Below are positions 7,362 to 17,123 of a stretch of 37,499 bases of DNA, one piece after another (positions within the stretch are counted from its first letter, which is position 1; each line of letters starts with the position of its first letter). The DNA lies in NCBI GenBank assembly GCA_964461215.1, contig CAYWTP010000005.1:1-37499 (forward strand), read 5' to 3'. Position numbers and translations under genes: made by a program. The notes under the pieces are model-generated. The model ran no database searches. It was not told the DNA's origin and was given only the letters and a program-made list of their open reading frames with translations. This DNA comes from an uncultured Ectothiorhodospiraceae bacterium (GTDB lineage Bacteria; Pseudomonadota; Gammaproteobacteria; JAABTG01).

Positions 7362-8846
7362 TCACCCCAACCGCTTGAGATGCAGACGTTCGGAGGGTAC
7401 GCCGCGTTGAGTGAGAAGCGCCGTGGCGGCGTCTACGAAGAACGCGGGACCGGCGGCGTAGGCCTCGAAGCGCTCCATGTCGGAAAGACTTCCGATGGCG
7501 GAGTCCAATGCCGTGGCCAGCGTCTCGGCGTCGGCCTGCGGGGCGAGCACCACCGGACTGTACTGGAAGTCGTCCAGGGCATCGGCCCAAGCACGGCAGC
7601 GGTTGGCCATGTAGTGCCCGTCTGCGTTCGAGGCCGCCCAGACCAGGTGAATGGCCTCGGCATCGTCGCTGGAGATGGCACTCTCGACGAGGCTCTTGAT
7701 GGGGGCAAAGCCGTCGTCGCAGGCCAGGAACAGAATCGGGTTCGGCGTGTCTTCCCCGAGGACGAAGCTGCCGCTGGGGCCGGTCACCCTCACGGGCGTG
7801 CCCGGCTGGAGGCGGCCGGCAAAGACGGCGTCGGTGAAGGCAGAGGGGCCGCGCTGGACGACGTGGAACTCCAGGTTCTCGCCGTCGCACTGGCAGCTTG
7901 CCAGCGGCAGATCGGCGCTGGCCCCGTCTTCCAGCGTCAGGGTGACTTCCTGGCCGGCGAGGAAGCGCAGGCGCTGAGTAGTGGGCGTGCGGATCTGCAG
8001 GATCGCGAGGCCCTGACCGGGGCGCGCCACCTGCCGAACCTTGGCCGGAATGTCCTGGCGAGGTATGTCCTCGCCGCGGTGGGCCTCGCCGGCCTCGATG
8101 ACGAGGTCGGTGACGGCAGTGTAGGAGCACATCAGGACGTAGCCCAGATTGTGTTCGGTGTCGCTGATGTCGTACTCGTGATCGCGGACCTTGAGGACCT
8201 CGCCCGATACCACCCGCGCCTTGCAGGAGCCGCAGGTGCCGCTGGTGCAGCCATAACGCGGGGCCAGGCCCGCCCGCAGGGCCGCCTCCAGAATGGAGTC
8301 GGTACCTTCCACGAAGAACTCGTGGCCGCTGGGCAGGATTTTCACCTGCGCGGCGAGCATGCGCAGAAACGTATCCCTGGCCAACAGCTCCGCGGTCCGC
8401 TTCGGGACCTTGGGGCGATGCTGGATCTGATCGCGGAGCCATTCGGACAGGGCCACCATGTCATCGCGCAGGCCAGCGCCGGGGGTGGACGCCAGGGCCC
8501 CCAGGCGCTGGGCGAGGGTGACCGCCAGCTCCGAGTAGTCGGCCAGTGCGGCCTTGGCCTCGGTCAGCTCGCGCGACAGGCTGGTCAGCCGGCTGGCCAG
8601 GACCTTGGCCGGGGGCAGCTCGCGTTCCTCGTCCCGGCGCGGGGCGGCGGCGGACTTGATGCGGTTGACCCGCTCCAGGGCCGAGTCATCCTCCAGGCGC
8701 GCTTCCGGGAATACGCGCAGCAGGTCGGAAACTCTCACCTGGCCTTCAAAGGTCTCCAGCTCGTTGTCGCGGATGCGCCGCTGCAGAGCGCCGCGGGTAA
8801 CCCCGACCAGGCGGGCGGCGCGGGACACGGGGAGAAGCTGGGCCAT
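7362..8846 (-). CDS. N-terminal HTH plus coiled coil plus [2Fe-2S] ferredoxin plus FNR-type FAD/NAD-binding oxidoreductase
   Basis: Likely ATG 8846 (MAQLLPVSRAARLVGVTRGALQRRIR, MerR/excisionase-like HTH). GCTSGTCGSC...LMC is a plant-type 2Fe-2S motif. FLAGQ, GPSGSF and GFAPIKS are reductase elements. Confidence 0.8.
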   Translation of the reverse strand: MAQLLPVSRAARLVGVTRGALQRRIRDNELETFEGQVRVSDLLRVFPEARLEDDSALERVNRIKSAAAPRRDEERELPPAKVLASRLTSLSRELTEAKAALADYSELAVTLAQRLGALASTPGAGLRDDMVALSEWLRDQIQHRPKVPKRTAELLARDTFLRMLAAQVKILPSGHEFFVEGTDSILEAALRAGLAPRYGCTSGTCGSCKARVVSGEVLKVRDHEYDISDTEHNLGYVLMCSYTAVTDLVIEAGEAHRGEDIPRQDIPAKVRQVARPGQGLAILQIRTPTTQRLRFLAGQEVTLTLEDGASADLPLASCQCDGENLEFHVVQRGPSAFTDAVFAGRLQPGTPVRVTGPSGSFVLGEDTPNPILFLACDDGFAPIKSLVESAISSDDAEAIHLVWAASNADGHYMANRCRAWADALDDFQYSPVVLAPQADAETLATALDSAIGSLSDMERFEAYAAGPAFFVDAATALLTQRGVPSERLHLKRLG

Positions 8847-9149
8847 GGCTGGGTTCCTGTTGGCTGGGGTGATCGGCTGACGCAGAGGCTCGAATTCTAC
8901 GCAAGAGACGGTGCGCCGTGTATCCCGGCCTGGCGGAACGCGGCGCCCCCTCACCCGGCTCTTGGCCGCCCTGCGGCGGATTGCGCTTCGCTATGTCCGG
9001 GGTACATGCCGGATTCCTTTGAACGATTGACCAGACGCGATTCCAAGGGCTGCCCATGGGTCGGTTCCTAAGCCAAGTACGAGGTGTACATGTGAGGTTT
9101 GCAGGACCGTCGGCGGCAGGGACAAACGCCGGCGAGCCGGCGGCCCCCA

Positions 9150-9857
9150 TCACCTTCCGCCCTCCCGGGCAGCATCCTCCCAGGCCAGCTTGTAGCCCGC
9201 TCCATGCACGGTGATGAGAAGGCGGGGCCGGGCCGGATCCGGCTCGATCTTCTTGCGCAGCCGCACCACGAAGTTGTCCACCGTGCGGGTGGCCACCTCG
9301 GACTGGTGCCCCCACACCTCCCGCAACAGAGTCTCGCGGGACAGTACCTCGCCGCGGTGCGCGACGAAATAGCGCAGCAGCTCCAGCTCCTTGGCGCTTA
9401 CGTCCACGGCCTGGCCCTCCCGCGTCAGGCGGTGGCCACGGAAGCTGATCCGGGCCGCCCCCAGGCCGATCTCGTCGCCAGCCGCCGGTGCACGTCCCCG
9501 GCGCAGATGGCTGCGGATCCGGGCCAGCAGCTCGCGCAAGCTGAAGGGCTTGACCACGTAGTCGTCGGTGCCCAGGTCGAAGCCCAGAACCTTGTCGCGT
9601 TCCTCGCCGCGGGCCGTGAGCATGATGATGGGCTCGCGCACGCCCGCGTCGCGTAGCTGGCGGCACAGGCCCATGCCGTCGCCGTCGGGGAGCATCACGT
9701 CCAGCAGCAGCAGATCGGGCCGCCGGCTAAGGGCCAGCTCGCGGCCTTCCCTGCAAGTGCCGGCCATCAGAACCCGGTAGCCCTCCATCTGCAAATTGTC
9801 GCTCAGGCCGGCACGCATGGCCGGGTCGTCGTCGATGATGAGTATGGTTTCGCTCAT
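9150..9857 (-). CDS. OmpR-family response regulator
   Basis: ILIIDDD, LLDVMLP, MLTAR, DDYVVKPFS, RTVDNFVVRLRKKIE, TVHGAGY. Confidence 0.95.
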   Translation of the reverse strand: MSETILIIDDDPAMRAGLSDNLQMEGYRVLMAGTCREGRELALSRRPDLLLLDVMLPDGDGMGLCRQLRDAGVREPIIMLTARGEERDKVLGFDLGTDDYVVKPFSLRELLARIRSHLRRGRAPAAGDEIGLGAARISFRGHRLTREGQAVDVSAKELELLRYFVAHRGEVLSRETLLREVWGHQSEVATRTVDNFVVRLRKKIEPDPARPRLLITVHGAGYKLAWEDAAREGGR

Positions 9858-11383
9858 GGGCGCGTGGTCCGGCGCGGCACGGGAAAGCTGACTACCACCC
9901 GCAGACCGGTCCCCTGGGCCGGGGCCTCGAGCACCAGGTAGGCGTTGTGGGCCGCCGCAATCTGCTCCACGAGCGCCAGGCCAAGCCCGCTGCCCCGGCC
10001 GGAACGGGCGTTCTCACCCCGATGCAGTGCCTTGCGGATCTCGGCCCGCTGCTCGCCCGAGATCCCGGGCCCGTGATCGGTGACGCTCAGATCCACCCAG
10101 TCGCCGTCCCGGCCCAGACGGAGCTCTATGCCCTCCCGTCCACCATGCTCGGCTGCATTGTTGAGCAGGTTCAGCAGGATCTGCGTGACGCCATTCGGAT
10201 CGTGGGCCACCGCCGGCAGCCCGGCCTCGATCTGAACATCGATCCCGACTCCCCGCTCCTTGAGTGTCTCGCCGTAGCGCTCCAGAACGCCCGCAACGGT
10301 GGCGCCCAGATCGCCGTGAGTGAGCTGGTACAAGCCGACGCCCCGACGCAGACGCTCCAGATCCAGGACGGTATTGATGATCTCGGTCAGACGCTCCGAC
10401 TCGCGCAGGATGGTCTCGTAATAGCTCTGCCGCCGCTCCTCCTCCGAGATCCGTCCCAGGTACAAGGTTTCCGCGTACATGCGGATCAGGGCCAGCGGCG
10501 TCTTCAGCTCGTGGGATACGTTGGCCACGAAGCGGTTGCGCAGCTCCACCAGGGACCGGTCCCGGCGCAGCTCCAGCCAGGCGCCGTAGGTGGCTAGCAG
10601 CAGCGCCAGCACCGCACCACCAGCCACCCCCAGCAAAAGCAGGCGGTTGCGATCCAGCGTCCCCCGATCGCGGGCCGTATCCGGACGGTAGGATAGCAGC
10701 CATCCGGGCAATACGTGGGTCAGCGGGGCGTGCAGGGCCGCCTCGTCCCACTCGGCCTCCGGGTCCTGAAGCTGAATCCTGCCGCCTTCAGTGTCCGCGA
10801 ATGCGCGCAGCAGGGGAGCGATCTGCTCGCGCTCGAGAGACTTCAGGTTGAAGCGTATGAGGATCCAGCCGGCCTCGGGATCCACGTCATTGACCGGCTG
10901 AATGGCGAACAGGGCGGGCCCGCTCGGCAGCTCCTGGTCGAAAGTATGCAGGGCGAAGGCCTTGACCTTGCCTTCGGTCACGATGGGGGATACCCGCCTG
11001 GCCAACCACTCGTCAAGCACCGCATCATGCGCAGACTCGCGGCGCGGAAATACTCGCTTCAGGTGCATCCTGCGGTCCAGAAGCAGGATGCCCTGGACCT
11101 CCGGAAACGCCTTGCGCACGAGGGCCAGCCGCGGCTCGTCCACGGCATCGACCGGGATGTTCTTCAGGGGCAGGAAGGCCGGGCGCAGGGCACCCAGCAG
11201 GGTGTGCTCGACCCGGCTGCCCAGCAGCTCCAGTGCCTGTACCTGAGCGTCGCGGATGGTGTCCTCCAGTACGGTACCCTGGACCGACAGTAGCTGCAGC
11301 GTGAATCCGGCGACCACGACGCTCGCCAGGAGCATGGCACCGAGCAGGAGGATGGGCGCACGCGCGCCCGCAGGCAGCTTCAT
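9854..11383 (-). CDS. Membrane sensor histidine kinase
   Basis: Two hydrophobic segments, NVSHELKTPL H-box, NLLNNA, DHGPGI, GSGLGL; ATGA overlap with the regulator. Confidence 0.93.
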   Translation of the reverse strand: MKLPAGARAPILLLGAMLLASVVVAGFTLQLLSVQGTVLEDTIRDAQVQALELLGSRVEHTLLGALRPAFLPLKNIPVDAVDEPRLALVRKAFPEVQGILLLDRRMHLKRVFPRRESAHDAVLDEWLARRVSPIVTEGKVKAFALHTFDQELPSGPALFAIQPVNDVDPEAGWILIRFNLKSLEREQIAPLLRAFADTEGGRIQLQDPEAEWDEAALHAPLTHVLPGWLLSYRPDTARDRGTLDRNRLLLLGVAGGAVLALLLATYGAWLELRRDRSLVELRNRFVANVSHELKTPLALIRMYAETLYLGRISEEERRQSYYETILRESERLTEIINTVLDLERLRRGVGLYQLTHGDLGATVAGVLERYGETLKERGVGIDVQIEAGLPAVAHDPNGVTQILLNLLNNAAEHGGREGIELRLGRDGDWVDLSVTDHGPGISGEQRAEIRKALHRGENARSGRGSGLGLALVEQIAAAHNAYLVLEAPAQGTGLRVVVSFPVPRRTTRP

Positions 11384-11488
11384 CGGCAGGTCCGTGGCCG
11401 GCTCACGCGTAGCACTCCCCGACCGATGGCACGGGCCCAGCGAGAAGTGCGGGACTGTGCCGGATGGCGTTTCGTGGTGCGACGGTGT

Positions 11489-11525
11489 AAACGAAAACGG
11501 CCCCGCTGTAAAGGAGCGGGGCCGT
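11489..11525 (-). terminator. Rho-independent terminator
   Basis: Minus strand ACGGCCCCGCT-7 nt loop-AGCGGGGCCGT then TTTCGTTT, just downstream of the 11543..11803 stop. Confidence 0.8.
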
Positions 11526-11542
11526 CAACCCGAGATCCGGAC

Positions 11543-11803
11543 TTAGTCCTTGGCTGCGGGTGTCGCCGGAGCTGCGGCGTGCGCAGCCTTGGCCATGTGC
11601 TTCGCCCGGTACTTCTCGACCTTGGCTACGCAGGTCTTCATGTACCCCTCCAGCATGTCTTTCTTCACGTGCTCCTTCCTGGCCCGGTGATGGCACACCT
11701 GCTCAGGGGTAGCCACCTTCTTCTCCTTGGCGGCAACGTAGCCAGGCAGGCCACCGGCAAGCAGCAAAGCAACAGCGGTGGCAGCGACGACAGTGCGTTT
11801 CAT
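11543..11803 (-). CDS. Small secreted PsiF-like protein
   Basis: Signal peptide; C-x20-C with C...A......YM..C pattern like one PsiF repeat; GAGGAG RBS; own terminator. Confidence 0.7.
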   Translation of the reverse strand: MKRTVVAATAVALLLAGGLPGYVAAKEKKVATPEQVCHHRARKEHVKKDMLEGYMKTCVAKVEKYRAKHMAKAAHAAAPATPAAKD

Positions 11804-11975
11804 GCTCGATTCTCCTCAAGACGGTGTATGGATCAGGAAGCGCTCCTGATTGATCCAGGCAGCTCCCGGTCGGGCCGCCGGCGGCGCTCCTGGTCTGCGC
11901 CCGCCGGGTTTATCCAAGCCTGTCCGGTACCGGGAATCAGTCTAAGAGCGTGCCCTGCTCCCGCGAATCACGGGC

Positions 11976-12000
11976 TTGTCTCAAGTTGTAAAGGATTGTC
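11976..12000. promoter_or_regulatory. Three direct repeats TTGTC/TTGTA/TTGTC at 10-bp period (candidate OmpR-family site)
   Basis: TTGTC-TCAAG-TTGTA-AAGGA-TTGTC seen directly, in the divergent intergenic region. Confidence 0.45.
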
Positions 12001-12254
12001 ATCGCCACCGGACGCCCCCCGAAACGGCATCGTCCCGAACGCGCCCGAGATGCGCTTGTACTATTACCCGAGGCCGAGCGCGGGGAAGCTTCGAATAGTG
12101 GACCATACACGTGGCGGCAAGACGCTGCCGGGGCGGCGCCTGTTGGAGCAGGCCAGCGCTACCATCCCGGCGCGACAAGAGATAGAGTATCGTTAGCGCA
12201 AGATGCTATGGTCTTGCCTCATTAGCTAGTGAAGGATGCTGGGAGAGGGTAGAA

Positions 12255-12701
12255 ATGATTACCTACGACAAACTCAACACACAGAATCACAAGATCACGG
12301 AGCTGTCGAACGTGATCCTGTACCTTATTAGGGACCGGTCCATGTGCGACACACAGGTCACCTGTGATCTGTTCTTCAGCTACGTGGAGAAAGTCAGGGA
12401 GCACCTGGAGATCCAGGAGAAACACATGTTCACGGGGCTGCTCGCGGACTCCAGCCCCGACGTGAAGCAGGTGGGACAGAACTTCCTCTCGGGGTCCAAG
12501 GAGATCAAGCGCATCTTCAATGAGTACCTCAACAAGTGGTCACGGCCCCAGAGCCACCAGCTCGTCATCCGCAACCACGAAGAGTTCCAGAAGGAGACGC
12601 GCAGCATGTTCCAACTGGTTCTGGACCGGATCCAGGACGAGGTGGAGCGCTTGTATCCCCTCGTCCGCGAGCTTCGAGGCGATATGGAGCGGGCCGCCTG
12701 A
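12255..12701 (+). CDS. Hemerythrin-like four-helix protein
   Basis: QNHKI, REHLEIQEKHMF and DRIQDEVERLYP resemble hemerythrin HHE helices with incomplete ligands; GGAGAGGG RBS; good codon usage. Confidence 0.65.
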   Translation: MITYDKLNTQNHKITELSNVILYLIRDRSMCDTQVTCDLFFSYVEKVREHLEIQEKHMFTGLLADSSPDVKQVGQNFLSGSKEIKRIFNEYLNKWSRPQSHQLVIRNHEEFQKETRSMFQLVLDRIQDEVERLYPLVRELRGDMERAA

Positions 12702-12703
12702 TC

Positions 12704-12832
12704 TGGGCTGTAGACCGTGGGCTGAAGGCTGTAGGTGAAGAGCCAGGAAGGAAGGGTGGGCAATGCCCACCTTCGCCCTGGCCGGTTCCGCCTCTTGCCC
12801 TACGGCCTGCGGCCTACGGCCCAAAGCCTTCC
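12704..12832. repeat. Long imperfect palindrome of heptamer repeats around a REP-like core (probable bidirectional terminator)
   Basis: Left arm GGCTGTA GACCGTG GGCTGAA GGCTGTA, core GGTGGGCA-A-TGCCCACC, right arm CCCTACG GCCTGCG GCCTACG GCCCAAA; lies between convergent genes. Confidence 0.65.
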
Positions 12833-14299
12833 TCACTCGAAGTCGTGGCGCAGGATCTCGCCGGCCCGGCGGCAGATCTCGCGCCCGTAGTCGGTCCACA
12901 GGCCCTCGCCCCAGTACCGGTAGCAGCTCGTCTGGGAGGCCAGCAGGTGGAACAGAGCGTTGCGGTAGCGGTGCTCCCGGGTGGATATGCCGCGCGCCGT
13001 CGCTAGGTCGTGAAAACGGGCGCTGACCTCCTCCATGGGGCCCAGCACGTCCTGGTAGCCGCGCACCCAGGACAGGTTGCTGGTCCAGCTTCCACCTTCC
13101 ATGTGAAAGCGTTCATCCTCCGCCTTGAGCGTGGCGATCACGCGTTCCAGCGCCTCCGGCCCGTCGCCCGCCCGGAAGCGGTCCCAGATGCGTTTCTGGT
13201 ACAGAGGCTGGATCACCGGCAGCTCGTCCGGGGACACGCCGGAGGCGAACAGATGCTCCAGGTACTCCGTGACATTCATCAGGGGCGTCTCCGAGGCTGA
13301 GGCCTCACGCACTACCTCGAAGTACTTGGGCGGAAAATCGTTCATCATGACTCCGCCGTTCTCGCCGTCCGCGATCTGGGTCACCAGGGGCGGCACGGAA
13401 CGTCCGGCCAGCTCTGCGCGCGACAAGTTGCGGGCCTCGTACCAGGGCTGCATTTGTCCCACCAGCTTGGTGTCGGAGCCCTGAGTCTTGATGATGGCGA
13501 TGATGCTGCGGGTGCGCCCCGTGGAATCGGTACACACCAGGCGGTGCGGCAGGTGCGGCGAGTGCGGCGTCGCGCCGTCCTCCGGCCGCTCCACCGTGTG
13601 CTCCTGGACCAGCACCCACTGATAGCCGGACTCCAGCAGCGTGTCGACGAAGGCGCAGGCCACGTCCGGATGATTGGGCAGGGCCATCTCGGAGGGTGAG
13701 AACCCCCGCACCCTGGCTAGCGCCTCCAGGCCGAAGATCCCTGCAAAGTGGTGCTGCCAGGCGCGAACGTGCAAGCGATAGTCCTGCACCGGGGTCGAGG
13801 GCGCCACCGGGTGCCCCCAGGGCATGCCCAGCCATTCCACCGCCCGCCGGTAGCGGGGCTCGCAGGTGATGGAGCGAAGGCTGTCGAAGACGTCGTCCAG
13901 CCCCATCCGGCGCAGCCCGAAAAGCAGCGTTCCGGAATACTCGAGCATCACCCGGGGCTCGCGGCCCTCGTCCACGAGCTGGGGGATGAACTGGCCCATG
14001 CGCTTGTAGCAGCGGTGAAAGACCGAGGCGTTGTGGTTGTCGCCCTCGTTGGGATGTTCCAGCATGTACTGGAGGTTGCTGATCATGGCCGCCGTGCGCA
14101 GGTCGTCCCCGCCGGCCGGAACCAGGGGCTGGTGCATGTGCAGGGCCACGGCACACGCACTGCGGATGCGACCGAAGTCGATGCCGCTCTCGGGCAGGAA
14201 GACGGGCTCGCCGCGGGAGGCCGCGATAACCCGCTCAATCGCATCCTCCGCCCCGCAGAGATTCGGCAGGCCCTCCACGGTCTCGGGCATTGCGCTCAT
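12833..14299 (-). CDS. Glycoside hydrolase family 57 protein
   Basis: ALHMHQP, GFSPSEMA (nucleophile region), IADGENGG (acid/base) and SQTSCYRYWG; GAGGAG RBS before ATG 14299. Confidence 0.88.
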   Translation of the reverse strand: MSAMPETVEGLPNLCGAEDAIERVIAASRGEPVFLPESGIDFGRIRSACAVALHMHQPLVPAGGDDLRTAAMISNLQYMLEHPNEGDNHNASVFHRCYKRMGQFIPQLVDEGREPRVMLEYSGTLLFGLRRMGLDDVFDSLRSITCEPRYRRAVEWLGMPWGHPVAPSTPVQDYRLHVRAWQHHFAGIFGLEALARVRGFSPSEMALPNHPDVACAFVDTLLESGYQWVLVQEHTVERPEDGATPHSPHLPHRLVCTDSTGRTRSIIAIIKTQGSDTKLVGQMQPWYEARNLSRAELAGRSVPPLVTQIADGENGGVMMNDFPPKYFEVVREASASETPLMNVTEYLEHLFASGVSPDELPVIQPLYQKRIWDRFRAGDGPEALERVIATLKAEDERFHMEGGSWTSNLSWVRGYQDVLGPMEEVSARFHDLATARGISTREHRYRNALFHLLASQTSCYRYWGEGLWTDYGREICRRAGEILRHDFE

Positions 14300-14348
14300 G
14301 GGCAGTCTCCTCTTGCCGCTCATGCCACCCACGGTACTCCGATCCCGG

Positions 14349-17117
14349 TCAGTACACGAGCTTCAGTCCCGGCGGCAGCGAGTCGCCGAAGACGCGCCCC
14401 TGCTCGGCCTCCCCCAGGGCGGCCACTTCGCGAACCATCGTGATCCAGCTTGGAGGTGCCTTGACGGACTGCAATCGGTCCACGACCTGCCGGCGCAGGG
14501 TCTCGTCGATGTCCCGCTCCCGGTCGCCGGTCATGCGCGCGATGAGGGTGGCGGCAAAGGCCGCCGGCTCGACCTTCCTCCAGTCCAGGGCGAGGATCTT
14601 CCCCAGCCAGCGCGCCGCCACTTCGACCGCCAGCACGTTGTGGGCACTGCCGTAGAAAGGCTCGCGGGCGCCAACGCGCCCCAGCGCCCACCACGACTGA
14701 GGGCTCTCGGCCGGCTTGCGCAGTCGCTCCAGCAGCCATTCGCCGATCTCGGCCTTGCGTACCGCCGGCACGTGTTCCAGCGAGGCGCCCAGGCGCACCA
14801 TCTCGGCGTAACCCTGCTTCTTGACGCCTGCCGGCCGCCGGATCCTGCCCGGCGGCTGCAAGTAGAAAGCGATGTCATCGAGGATGCGGACCTGCGCTTG
14901 CGGCGACAGGCCGCCGGCCGTGCGCTGCCACAGGTTCCACCACGCCGACCACACCGGGCCTTCGGGCACGAACTGCACGCCCTGCCCGAAGAGCGTCCAG
15001 AGCTGCTCGACGCGCCAGTCGTCCAGCGGATAGCCGAATCCTGGGCGCAGGCAGTAGCCGGCCAGGTTGAGCCAAACCCGCTCGTGGTCGCCCGAGCGCC
15101 GGCGCCGTCGTGCCCGCTCCCAGAGGCTGCCGAACAGCTCGCGCAGCAGAGGCGTGTCCCAGCGCTCGCGCTTGCCGAGGATCTTCTCCAGGTCCACCAC
15201 CAACCGCTTGACCGCCTTGGCGTCCACGCGCTGGGAGCGATCGCCGTAGATGCGGTCGATGCACGCGGCGGCCTCGCCGAAGCGCGGATGCAGCTCCGCC
15301 GCCACCCCGGGCGCTACCCTTGCAGCCTCCCCCCGCAGCTCGAACTCCAGCTTCCAGCGCTGCCCGGTGTCCCCGATGCTGGCGCAGTGCATTTCCAGGG
15401 TACCCACCTCCGTGAGCGCCGTGACGATCTGCACCGGCACCTCCCGGGCGCCGGCCCCGGTCCCGGGCGAGACCACCGTGGCAATGGGCGGCAAGGAGAC
15501 GAAGCCTTCGCTGCCGAGCTCCACTAGCTGTCCCGGCGCGTAGACCGTATCGGCGGTAGCCGAGAGCAGGTGAAAGCGCACCGGCTCGCCCAGGCGCAAG
15601 GCAAAGGTGCGGTCCGATAGACGTACTTCATGGCCCTGCGCGGATCCGCGCGGCAGCACGCACACGCCCCGCTGCCGGTCGCCCGCCTCCAGGGCCAGGA
15701 AGTAGCTGCGGGCCGAGCCGCCACCGATGGCGGGCGCCGTACCCGCGCGGGCCAGGCCGTAGGCTACCCCGCCGCGGGCCACGGCGGCGTCGGGATCTTC
15801 GTTGTTGAGCACGCGCAGGGGCGCACCGCGCCAGTCGCCTAGAACCTCCAGCAGGCGCTCGGCCAGGGCCTGGCTGCGGAACACCCCGCCATTGAGCAGC
15901 AGCGCGTCAGGCACCGCGAGGCGATCGCCCGAGGGGGCCTTTGGCCCCAGAGCCTCCCGCGACGCCCGGGCGTGGTGGCCCAGGAAAGCGGCCACGTGGC
16001 GGGTCACGGCCGGGTCGGCCACGTAGGGTAGGCCGAACTCCACGATACCGCCGCGTACCCGCTGCGGCCGGGCATCGGGTGCCACCGCCGGGAAGAATCC
16101 GTCCACCACCATGGCCTGTACCTCGGCGCGGCCCAGCCGCGCGGAGCGGGCTCCCCCGATCAAGCCGGCGCCGGCACCGAGGACCGTGACCGCGGTCTCC
16201 TCTGGCGCCCGCGGCGCCAGCAGGCGCTCCTTGGCGGAGCGGCACTGCTGGATGAGCTGCGACATCTGGGCCGTGCCCAGCCTGGCGCCGGCATCGGTCA
16301 GACGCCCTTCGGCCACATGGGCCAGGCCCAGATCCATGTTGTCGCCGCCCAGCATCAGATGATCGCCGACTCCGACGCGGGTCATCTGCGGGCCGGAAGG
16401 GCCCGGCTGAACGCGGATCAAGGTGAGGTCCGTGGTACCGCCGCCCACGTCGCATACCAGCACCAGGCGCGTGTCCTCGAGCTCGGCATCCAGGCGGTCA
16501 CGATGGCGAAACAGCCAGTCGTAGAAGGCGGCCTGAGGCTCTTCCAGCAGGCGTACCCCGGGCAAACCGGCATACTCGGCCGCCTGCACGGTCAAGGCCC
16601 TGGCCCCCTCGTCGAAGGAGGCGGGGACCGTCAGGACGGTCTCCTGAGTCTCCAGCGGATGCTCGGGGAAGCGGTGATTCCAAGCCGCACGCACATGGGC
16701 CAGATAGCCGGCGCAGGCTACGACCGGCGATACCTTGATGACCTCCCCGGGCGCGCCCCAAGGCAGGATGGCGGCGGTTCGGTCCACCCCGGTATGTGAC
16801 AGCCAGCTCTTGGCGCTGGCCACCAGCCGGCCGGGCACCCGGGCGCCCAGATCACGGGCCAGACTGCCGGCCACGACCTGGGGCATTCCGGCCACGTCCG
16901 CCTGGGGCCACGGCAGTCCGACATCTTTCGTGCGCAGCTCGCCCGCCGCGGGATGGTAGCGCAGGGAGGCCAGTGCCGGGCGGGCCGCCACCTGCCCGGG
17001 GGCAACGAGCTGCTCGATCTCGAAGAGCGTGATGGCCTGGGACTCGGTCGCCCGGTCGGCATAGGCCACCACAGTGTTGGTGGTGCCCAGGTCGATGCCG
17101 ACGAGGTAGCGCGACAT
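14349..17117 (-). CDS. Atypical Hsp70-family protein with C-terminal DUF3731-type helical extension
   Basis: GIDLGTTN, TVPASFD, LEEPQAA, DVGGGTTD and LGGDNMD; about 320-aa Trp-rich extension (LRPGFGYPLDDWR, WWALGRVGAREPFYG, FGDSLPPGL). Confidence 0.9.
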   Translation of the reverse strand: MSRYLVGIDLGTTNTVVAYADRATESQAITLFEIEQLVAPGQVAARPALASLRYHPAAGELRTKDVGLPWPQADVAGMPQVVAGSLARDLGARVPGRLVASAKSWLSHTGVDRTAAILPWGAPGEVIKVSPVVACAGYLAHVRAAWNHRFPEHPLETQETVLTVPASFDEGARALTVQAAEYAGLPGVRLLEEPQAAFYDWLFRHRDRLDAELEDTRLVLVCDVGGGTTDLTLIRVQPGPSGPQMTRVGVGDHLMLGGDNMDLGLAHVAEGRLTDAGARLGTAQMSQLIQQCRSAKERLLAPRAPEETAVTVLGAGAGLIGGARSARLGRAEVQAMVVDGFFPAVAPDARPQRVRGGIVEFGLPYVADPAVTRHVAAFLGHHARASREALGPKAPSGDRLAVPDALLLNGGVFRSQALAERLLEVLGDWRGAPLRVLNNEDPDAAVARGGVAYGLARAGTAPAIGGGSARSYFLALEAGDRQRGVCVLPRGSAQGHEVRLSDRTFALRLGEPVRFHLLSATADTVYAPGQLVELGSEGFVSLPPIATVVSPGTGAGAREVPVQIVTALTEVGTLEMHCASIGDTGQRWKLEFELRGEAARVAPGVAAELHPRFGEAAACIDRIYGDRSQRVDAKAVKRLVVDLEKILGKRERWDTPLLRELFGSLWERARRRRRSGDHERVWLNLAGYCLRPGFGYPLDDWRVEQLWTLFGQGVQFVPEGPVWSAWWNLWQRTAGGLSPQAQVRILDDIAFYLQPPGRIRRPAGVKKQGYAEMVRLGASLEHVPAVRKAEIGEWLLERLRKPAESPQSWWALGRVGAREPFYGSAHNVLAVEVAARWLGKILALDWRKVEPAAFAATLIARMTGDRERDIDETLRRQVVDRLQSVKAPPSWITMVREVAALGEAEQGRVFGDSLPPGLKLVY

Positions 17118-17123
17118 CCCGCC

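Noticed and set aside
5176-9071. Long plus-strand ORFs 5176..6672 and 7179..9071
   Set aside because: Antisense to recognisable hsdM, TA and reductase genes.
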